Assembly: GCF_000400465.1 (NCBI RefSeq)
Contig: NW_008806281.1
Location: forward strand, 360,001 to 392,000
Length of the DNA: 32,000 nucleotides
From: Wallemia ichthyophaga EXF-994
Lineage: Eukaryota > Fungi > Basidiomycota
Reading direction: 5' to 3'
The notes beneath the pieces are model-generated. The model searched no databases and was not told the DNA's origin. It saw nothing but the letters and a program-made list of their open reading frames with translations. The position numbers and the translations under genes are program-made. Positions within the stretch are counted from its first letter, which is position 1. Each line of letters opens with the position of its first letter. Shown here piece by piece: positions 23,795 to 32,000 of the stretch.

Positions 23795-25316
23795 TCAAAT
23801 TTGCTGGTCATAATTTTCATTTGCGATGAGATCACCTTTGTTGCTCTTACGCCGCTTGCTCTTGGCGGCTTGCTGTTTGGAATCGACATTCGAACCATCA
23901 TCACCGATCGCAGAAGTATGTTCTGACAACTGACCGCTTTTCTCCATCGCCTGTATTCTCAGTCTTTCAGGAATATTATTCCAGTAGTTGACTTGACTTA
24001 TACCACTGAGCAACTCACCACCGAGTGCTTGCTGAGCTTTCAAAGCAGCGTTTGCATTGTTGAATCGTATTACTGCCTAATAGGAGCTGTTAGGAATTCA
24101 TATTGTCAAGATAAAACTCCACTCACTGTACATAAAGCCTTGACGTATTCAATGTACGCGCATTCACTTTGATCAACGACACCCAATATATCTGATCGTA
24201 TCGATGGCTTGTTGGTGGTTGGATCGAGATCTGTGATTTGGAGAACACAATTGATTGGAAATTGCGGACGTTGTGTTGCTAATGGTTGATCAGGCTGATC
24301 CACACGGTCCTCATCCATCGCATCAAAGTGGTCTTGATTAGCGTCATCTTGTTTGGACGCTTCAGACTTCAACTGAGCTCGGTAGGATTGATTTTGACTG
24401 CGTATTCTATCGCATAATGCAAGATATTCCTCTTTGAGTTGATTCCAGTGGGTGCTAGGTGATTGAGTAAGGTGGATAGCAAAGAACAGCGCATCACCTA
24501 CAATGACAAGGAGCGTATATGATTCTTAGATTGTTTATCTGTACGACTAGCTATCCAAGGCCATTTATCGAGTACAGATGAGACATCTTGAGGATTCCAG
24601 AATGAGACAAAGACCATACCTCTGTAGGTACCTAAAGAGTTATAAGTGGTATCATTATTCTTTGAGAATAAGCGTGGGAATTGAATAGTTTGTATTTCAG
24701 GAATTTTATCTATCAAATAGTTGAGAACGCCGTAATAGTCTGATAACATGGCAGGGAGACCTTCCTTGGGATGTAATGTGAGAAAGAGAGTGAATCAAAG
24801 GAATAACACGTACGATATAAACAGTAAGGTGATTGATATCCATATCCATATCCAATGTATCAATTCTCCTCAGACAAATACCCTTATCATTGTCTAGGAT
24901 GCATTCCAAGTGATATTCTGGATATTTCTTAACGAAATGAGCAATAGTTTGCTGTTGACCGTTAAAAGGTTTATTATAGTTTAAGAAAGGAGTGTGTTTG
25001 AAGAGATGGGAAATGCTGACCCCTTATGATAGCTAGCGTGAGTTTGAGTGGATAGTAAGCACAAAGACGTACATCCATCAAATCTTAAGACGTGTTGATG
25101 TACTTGAGTATTATTTGACAAACTCGCAGGCGTTAAAGATAAAGATAACCAGTATAGAGCACTCTTAGCATCATCGGCAGAGTAAGTCGTATTGTAGTTT
25201 GAATTGCTTGTGCTGTGATTGTGACTCAAATTCAAATGACGCAATTGATTTGCGATTTCAAGTTTATTTTCATTTGGGCTTTTTTTCTTGGTTTGAATTG
25301 ATCTTGGTGGTAACAT
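23795..25316 (-). CDS. LARP7: La-related protein 7 (LARP7/Pof8/p65 family): La motif + RRM + xRRM, 5 exons
   Basis: Manual splicing joins four ORF fragments: La motif FDG|WVSISHLF, RRM TVYI|EGLP...YRGMVFVSF, IRSLS|FTHWNQLKEEYLAL, and xRRM RPQFPINCVLQI...AYIEYVKALCT|AVIRF...ELLSGISQVNYWNNIPE. These parallel human LARP7 motifs as I recall them (LRVLSKSEWMDLKKEYLAL; PQFVSGVIVKI; EILSGDHEQRYWQKI). Confidence 0.8.
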
Positions 25317-25355
25317 GTAAGAGGAATACGTTAAATACAAATTTATATACAAACT

Positions 25356-26013
25356 TCACTCTGCTGAATCTTGCTGCTTATCATTGTCAACGTCGTCGAC
25401 CTCATTTGAATCAACCCAAGACAATTCAACAGTTTGTCTAACTCTTCGTATGTACTCCTTCATGTTATTCGAGTAGAGTGACGCGGCTTCTGAATTAGCG
25501 GGACTATGAGTGGTGTTATTGAGTACATATAATAAATAATCAACTAAACCCACCTGTTCGGATTCGGATCATGTAATAAAGATTGAATGGAAGTTAGAAC
25601 AGCGGCTACATCATACGTAGGTGACCACCTATTCTGCAATATGTCCAAACATAACTCCCCATTGGCGTATACGTTAGGATGGAACATTTTGCTCAAGAAC
25701 TTTACACTCGGTGGCTTATTTGGATATTGTTCATCAAAAGTCAGTAAAAGCCTGAAAGTGCCATCCTCGAAAGGAGTTTCTCCTGATTAAATTTATGAGA
25801 AACGTTTGCTTGAAATTATCAAGTCAACTGACCAGGTCCAAATATCACAGCGTTCCAAATCATAATATTATCACCGCATGGTGCACCACTTACACCACCT
25901 GGTGGATCTGAACTTAGCCTCTTAAAGTCTCTAATCAACCTCCTTCTTGATGCTGTTGACTTGAATTAACTTAATAATTGATTTTCATTTGAATTGAAGG
26001 CAATGCTCACCAT
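25356..26013 (-). CDS. RAD6: Ubiquitin-conjugating enzyme E2 Rad6/Ubc2 (4 exons)
   Basis: M|[15 protein letters not shown]...WNAVIFGP|[10 protein letters not shown]...[26 protein letters not shown]...DPNPN|SPANSEAA, with a short acidic tail. Intron 1 lies directly after the ATG. Confidence 0.96.
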
Positions 26014-26125
26014 GACGGTTCTGGAGATAGTAGTGGATGAGAAATGTTGAAATATTTAATTGGGATGTATGTTATAAGTGATGGTATTTGATTTATACTT
26101 GAAGTCCTATTAAACTTGTGCATTC

Positions 26126-26509
26126 ATGTCTGCATCTTTGGATCGTAAAAGTTAGATATAATTTATTGTGAATTAAACACCCTATAACTCACTATAGACA
26201 CGCAGAAGCTTGAAAATTTCATTATCCATCGTCCTTCAAAGGTTAGAAATGAAGTTAAAGCTTTGTAACCTACTAATCACATTAAAACAGACAGATTTAG
26301 TTGAGAAGAATATCTTGAAATCTTCATCTACAGCTCCTTCGTTGGTAGCAACACAATTATCACTTGAAAAGCATCAATTGGAGGTTAGTTTCAATTGAGA
26401 CATTCACACGCAACTCATTCACCTAACAAACAAAAAGGATACGCTTGTGAAAGATCTGATAAAGAGGCCAACACCTCAACAGCTCAAACAAAGGGGTATT
26501 TTGAAGTAA
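26126..26509 (+). CDS. 77-aa RPEL-repeat microprotein (two RPEL motifs, 4 exons), absent from the ORF track
   Basis: Exons 26126-26150, 26198-26241, 26291-26383 and 26438-26509 (introns 47, 49 and 54 nt with GTTAG donors and branch motifs) splice in frame to MSASLDRKNTQKLENFIIHRPSKTDLVEKNILKSSSTAPSLVATQLSLEKHQLEDTLVKDLIKRPTPQQLKQRGILK*. Confidence 0.8.
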
Positions 26510-26540
26510 TTTCAAGTGGTTTGGAGTAATTTCAAGTGAT
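26501..26540. repeat. 20-bp tandem duplication spanning the RPEL gene stop codon
   Basis: ttgaagtaatttcaagtggt / ttggagtaatttcaagtgat (18/20 identical). Confidence 0.7.
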
Positions 26541-26576
26541 TATTCCAAGTTAACAATGCAATGTATCTAATGAATT

Positions 26577-27080
26577 CTAATGATTATCCCCGTTTATCCT
26601 CTCCTTGGCTTTACGAACGCGTGCAACTACTTTTTCAGCATTAGGACCAACTCTATATCCCCTCCTTTGAAGTTCCTTGACAAGTCTTGGTGTGATTCCC
26701 GCAGCCAGCGCTAGTCTTGGAGGGAGAAAGAGTGTTTTATGAATCCCGTAAGCCAATACAGCCATTGCCCAAATACTATTCTTGTCCTCCTTTACTTGCT
26801 CATCTGATGGATTAGATGTGTTCATACCAACCCAATCAAGAACTTTGTTTTCAACCTTTTTAACGCGTTCAGCGCCTGCAACATTAACAACAGTAAATGC
26901 CAGTGAGAAGTCAAATACAGAAATTGCAGTATAAACTCCAACAGCCACCCATCCGTACTTTTGTGATAATTGTTTGAATCGTTGAGTGAGTGATTGATTG
27001 GGCTGGGGATTACATTGTTGCGTATAAGACCTTCTAAATATGCCTGCTTTGTTCAAATTTCTCAAGCCATTTCGCAACAT
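26577..27080 (-). CDS. FAM210 / DUF1279 (Nat2-like) probable mitochondrial membrane protein
   Basis: Arg-rich presequence-like N-terminus, LTQRFKQLSQKYGWVAVGVYTAISVFDF and AVLAYGIHKTLFLPPRLALAAGITP fit DUF1279. Confidence 0.75.
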   Translation of the reverse strand: MLRNGLRNLNKAGIFRRSYTQQCNPQPNQSLTQRFKQLSQKYGWVAVGVYTAISVFDFSLAFTVVNVAGAERVKKVENKVLDWVGMNTSNPSDEQVKEDKNSIWAMAVLAYGIHKTLFLPPRLALAAGITPRLVKELQRRGYRVGPNAEKVVARVRKAKERINGDNH

Positions 27081-27133
27081 GATGGAATTCTAGAGAAGGC
27101 AGCGTTTCTACTGCTTGGACACACACGCTCAAA

Positions 27134-28958
27134 ATGTAAAAACAGCTAATTCAAGTTTAATAATCCCAGGCTAATAATTTAATAGGTCTGGTGTTGAATT
27201 GATCAATCCACAAGCAGAGAGAGTACGCAGAGCTCAAGCTTTGGCTGTCAATACCGCTGGCTCTATTGGACTAGCAAACGTTGTTAAATCAAATTTGGGA
27301 CCAAGGGGCACTATTAAAATGCTTGTTGATGGTGCTGGAAACCTTAAAATGACTAAAGTTAGTTGGAATTTCCTTCAAGATCAAGTAAACTGATTACCTT
27401 TATTAGGATGGAAAGGTGTTGCTCTCTGAGATGCAAATTCAAGTGCGTTTGAATCTTTATAAGCTTAGTCTTAGCCTTATAAACCCTTCAGAATCCAACT
27501 GCAGCTTTGATCGCTAGAACTGCTGTCGCTCAAGACGATCAATGTGGTGATGGTACTACTTCAGTTGTTTTACTCGTCGGTGAACTCCTCAAGCAAGCTG
27601 AAAGAGTCGTCCAAGAAGGTGTACACCCACGCGTTATCGCTGAAGGTTTCGAAGTCGCCAAGAAAGAAGCTTTAACCGTGAGTTTTAGTGGTTTCATCAC
27701 GTAGAATCTGCTAAAACTCCCTCAGTTCCTCGACAGCTACCGTCAAAAACCAACTTTAGATAGATCCACTTTGATTAACATCGCTTATACCTCATTGGCA
27801 ACAAAGTTACACTCTTCGTTAGCTCAACAACTCGCAACTTCAGTCGTTGACGCTGTTTTATCTATCAAGCCATCCTCAAATGCAAACGATGAACTCCTTG
27901 CTGATCCAATTGACTTGCATATGGTTGAAATAATGAAAATGCAACACAAGACAGACACTGATACTCGTCTCGTTAAAGGTTTAGTTTTAGATCACGGTGC
28001 TAGACACCCCGATATGCCAAAGAGAGTTGAAAATGCTTACATTCTCACTCTGAATGTTAGTTTGGAGTATGAAAAAACTGAAGTCAACTCTTCTTTCTTC
28101 TATAGCTCAGCTGAACAACGTGAAAAGCTCGTTGAATCAGAGAGAAAGCACGTTGATGCAAAGTTGAAAAAGATCGTTGAGTTTAAGAACTTTGTTTGTG
28201 ATCAACAAGTAGACGCAAAGGACAAGAAGAATTTTGTCATTATCAATCAAAAGGGTATTGATCCAATGAGTTTGGATATTCTCGCAAAGAATGGTATTTT
28301 GGGATTACGTAGAGCTAAGAGAAGAAATATGGAAAGATTGCAATTGATTTGTGGTGGTACTGCTCAAAACTCTGTCGATGACTTAACACCTGAAGCATTA
28401 GGATATGCAGGATTAGTTTATGAGCACACACTCGGTGAAGACAAATTTACATTCGTTGAGGAAGTAAAAGATCCAAAATCAGTTACACTCTTAATTAAAG
28501 GACCAAACCAGCACACAATAAACCAAATCAATGATGCTTTGAGAGATGGATTGAGAAGTGTAAAGAACGCAATTGAAGATGACAGCCTGATTCCAGGAGC
28601 AGGTGCATTCGAGATTGCACTCTCTGCTCATCTCGCTGGACCAGTAAAGAAGGCAACAAAAGGTAGAGCTAAGTTAGGTGTTGAAGCATTTGCAAACGCA
28701 ATGCTTGTTATACCAAAGACTTTAGCTGCTAACGGTGGTTTCGATATACAAGATGCTATTGTTGGTTTGCAAGAGGAGCAAGCTGAAGGACACATTGTTG
28801 GTTTAGACTTGAAGTCAGGTGAACCATTCGATCCAATCGTTGAAGGAGTTTGGGATAACTACAGAGTAAAGAGACATATGTTAGCATCTTGCTCAGTAAT
28901 TGCAGTTAACGTACTCTCGGTGGATGAAATGTTGAAGGCAGGTAGATCAGCAAAGTAA
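27134..28958 (+). CDS. CCT6: T-complex protein 1 subunit zeta (CCT6), 5 exons
   Basis: [73 protein letters not shown]. The start codon is split AT|G by intron 27136-27185. Confidence 0.96.
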
Positions 28959-29035
28959 TGTAATCGATCATTTGTAGTTACAAACAATTCAATTTTCAAC
29001 AGTTTTCTATTGCGGCATGCTCACTAATCATGCAG

Positions 29036-29865
29036 TCAGAGTTCATCCTTTGTGTTATCCTTTTGGATCAAGCCAGCCTTCTTAACGGTGATGGGAGTTT
29101 GTGGCTTATTTGAGAAGCCGGTACGAGTGTTTTCTGGGCGTAAAGGTGAGAAATAGTGGATTGAATTGCCGCAAAAACTCACCAATCTCACGAACAACTT
29201 CCATACCTTGAACAACCTCACCAAAAACGACGTGTTTTCCATTCAACCAAGCTGAGAGGAGTGTTAAGGGTGTAATTATGAGTAGCTTTAGATAACCCAC
29301 GAGTTGGAACTGTTGTGACCTGTGTGTGTGTCAGTGTGAGACATGAACACAAAGTAAAACTCACAAAGAATTGAGAACCGTTAGTGTTCTTGCCTCTGTT
29401 AGCCATAGAGAGCAATCCAGGTCTATCGTGGATGATATCAAAGTTCTCATCGTTGAATTTTGGACCGTAGATTGAGTAACCACCAGTACCATTACCATTT
29501 TCGAAGTCTGTGAGCATGTTGAGACATTTGCTTGCGCTCAAAGCCTCTACACACCTCCAGATTGAATCATAAAGTCTTTAATGACTCTGTGGAAGGAAAC
29601 GCCTTCATAGCTTGGACCCTTGTCACCGATACAAAGGTGCTTGAAGTTGTCAGCTGTGGAGGCGTAATTAGGCGTCTGACGCGTATAACACAGACTCTGA
29701 TTACGCACCAGTCTTTGGTGTAACAGAGCCGTAAAGTCCGAATACTATTCTGCCCAAGGAGTTACCACCCTGGTCGACATCGAAGAACACCTTGTCTGTG
29801 ATGTCCCTTGCAAGGGCTACAGCAAGAATAGCAAACAGCGCTAATGTAAGTACTTGGAATTTCAT
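29036..29865 (-). CDS. ER cyclophilin B (peptidyl-prolyl isomerase), signal peptide and C-terminal KDEL, 6 exons
   Basis: [19 protein letters not shown] signal peptide, [22 protein letters not shown]|[17 protein letters not shown]|VTTVPT|[11 protein letters not shown] and terminal TKDEL*. Includes a 19-nt micro-exon. Confidence 0.93.
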
Positions 29866-29926
29866 TTGAGTTGGTGGATATATCAAACGCAGTTGATCAT
29901 ATACAGCCAACATATAAAAAAGAAAA

Positions 29927-31382
29927 ATGGCATTCGATCCACCAGATAGACCAGTTTCTCAGCTAGCCAGTTTAGTACCCAACCAAACAATCACTCATTT
30001 CGACAGCTTCGTCTTGGAGGAAGGCCATGAGTTGAGGCATGTTCCCGTGGCTTACAAAACTTGGGGTAAGCTCAACGACAACAAGGATAACGTTATGATT
30101 ATCTGTCACGCTTTGTCCGGCAGCGCAGACGTCGAAGACTGGTGAGTTACTCACTTTAAACACCCACAAACCTAAAGTCCCTCTTCCTAGGTGGGGTCCT
30201 CTTATGGGCGCGAATAAGGCTTTTGATCCAAGCCGTTACTTTATTTACTGTGGCAATGTCATCGGTAGTCCTTACGGAACTGTCTCACCTGTTTCCGTAA
30301 ATCCAGACACTGGGAAGCTATACGGCCCTGAATTCCCTATCAGCACCGTCCGTGATGATGTCCGTCTTCATAAGCGAGTACTCGACGGTATGGGTGTCAC
30401 ATCAGTAGCTGCTGTTATAGGTGGTTCAATGGGTGGTATGCAAACAATCGAATGGGGCATGTCTTTCGGCAGTCCCTACATCCGCTCTATAATACCAATA
30501 GCTACGTCCGTCAGACACAGCGCTTGGTGCATAAGTTGGGGTGAAGCTCAGCGCCAATCTATCTACTCAGATCCTGCCTATTATGATGGCTTTTACTACG
30601 AGCACCCAGACGCAAGTGAGAGAGCTGGTCCTATTTCCGGTTTAGGAGCTGCGCGTATGGCAGCCATGTTGACATACAGATCCAGAGACAGCTTCGAAGC
30701 ACGTTTCGGTCGTAAGCCACAGCTGGGGCAGGCAGGTCGCAAGTTGTCCAATGCCACTGGTGACGACAGCGTATCAAATGACTCAAACTCATCGTCATCT
30801 CGCCCTTCTAGTCCTGCAGACGAAGCTAGGGATGCACATAATGATGGAAATATACGCTCGCGCAGCAGCACATCAGTACCACGCCCCAAAAACCTCTTCA
30901 CAGCGCAGTCCTATCTTCGTTACCAGGGTGATAAGTTCACTTCGAGATTTGATGCAAACTGCTACATACACCTCACACGCAAAATGGACACGCATGATAT
31001 AGCAGCTGAGTTTTACATGGATGATGAAGGTGCCAGACACCGATCAGCAGATCTGACGATAGAGGAAGCATTAACACAACTGCCTAAGAATATACTAGTA
31101 ATTGGTATTGAATCTGATGGACTGTTCACTCCATATGAACAGCGCCAAATCGGTACAGCACCTAATGCGAAACTTGTGATGATTCCATCACCAGATGGAC
31201 ACGACGGCTTCTTGTTAGAGTTTGAAGCCATCAATGAGTACGTTGTTGAATTTCTCAAAGAGGCGCTGCCTGAAATTTACTCCTCACCACCTCTACTCAA
31301 TCTCGAGGAGATCAAATCATTTGACACGCAAAAGACGAGCGTATTTGGAGAAGCTGAAGCGAATGACATTACAGCTTGGTGA
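29927..31382 (+). CDS. MET2: Homoserine O-acetyltransferase (2 exons)
   Basis: ICHALSGSAD, nucleophile motif GGSMGG, AARMAAMLTYRS, SYLRYQGDKFTSRFDANCY, GIESDGLF and GHDGFLLE. Intron about 30143-30190. Confidence 0.93.
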
Positions 31383-32000
31383 GAATGTTGGTATAGAAAA
31401 TTTGTATTAATGCACGATTCGCACGATTTCTCAATATTGGTGTGCATGTCTCAAACCGCGGCAATCTTTGCCGTGCCGTATGTGTGAATAAATGACATGT
31501 GTCAATTAATGCGCGTGAATGAGGGAGATGTGAATGATGCGTTGATGATAACGTAGACACCTAACGAATATTCCAGTTACATCAATCTCCTTGTTATGCT
31601 CGATTTGGAAGGTGAGGGAGAAAATTTTCACAGACCAGTCTAAAGTCAGATTAAAAAAAGAATGCAGTGCATAAGGTGTGAATGACTGCGTATATCAAAT
31701 ATACAGGCTATTATATGCATGCGAAAGGGTGCATTGACAAGCGTGGTATAGTGCGAAATCTTATTAAAATTTCGCTGCAAATTAAATCGCGGAGGAAAAT
31801 GAGAATATGAGGTGATATGCGGGTAGTCATGCATAAATGAGCAGCCTTAGAAGGTACTAACTTCTCCAATCATATAAAAGTCTGCCGAATTAAGTGGCAT
31901 TAAAGCCATTTGAGGCGACTGATGATGCAATACGACTGCGCCTGCCTATTATGGCAAATCTGACACAAATTGCAAGACTGGATATAGGATACTGCGGGGC

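Noticed and set aside
26187-26197. ACTCACTATAG, an 11-nt match to the T7 promoter core (possible vector contamination)
   Set aside because: It is the branch site plus acceptor of RPEL intron 1. The flanks do not match T7.
1-32000. Transposons, CRISPR arrays, rRNA, snRNAs, riboswitches, secondary-metabolite cluster
   Set aside because: No transposase/RT ORFs, terminal repeats, spaced repeat arrays or recognisable RNA signatures were seen by eye, and the genes are unrelated housekeeping functions.

Overview
Eukaryotic, very gene-dense fungal chromosome segment with many short (about 44-55 nt) spliceosomal introns and start/stop codons often under 100 bp apart. Protein sequences look basidiomycete-like, and the compactness suggests Wallemia (inference only, no search run). 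After manual splicing the window contains, left to right: the 5' end of an unknown minus-strand gene, a small Ser-rich ORF, ARL1, a signal-peptide lactonase (Pgl/CMLE beta-propeller family), BRAP2/ETP1 E3 ligase, RPB4, ACC1, Raptor/KOG1, CSN2, a NOP6-like RRM protein, tRNA-Gly(GCC), a LARP7/Pof8-like La protein, RAD6/UBC2, a 77-aa two-RPEL-repeat microprotein absent from the ORF track, a FAM210/DUF1279 protein, CCT6, ER cyclophilin B and MET2. I saw no mobile elements, CRISPR arrays or rRNA. This is mostly housekeeping sequence and I cannot support a wholly new multi-gene system. Best leads: (1) the hidden RPEL microprotein; (2) a full La-RRM-xRRM LARP7 next to an unexplained ~950 bp block with a telomere-template-like 8-mer (weak evidence); (3) extremely tight gene junctions (33 bp head-to-head Raptor/CSN2, 39 bp tandem RAD6/LARP7); (4) about 11 of ~50 introns ending in AAG; (5) a CCT6 start codon split by an intron; (6) a hidden spliced micro-ORF with back-to-back 54-nt intron candidates; (7) a weak C/D snoRNA candidate.
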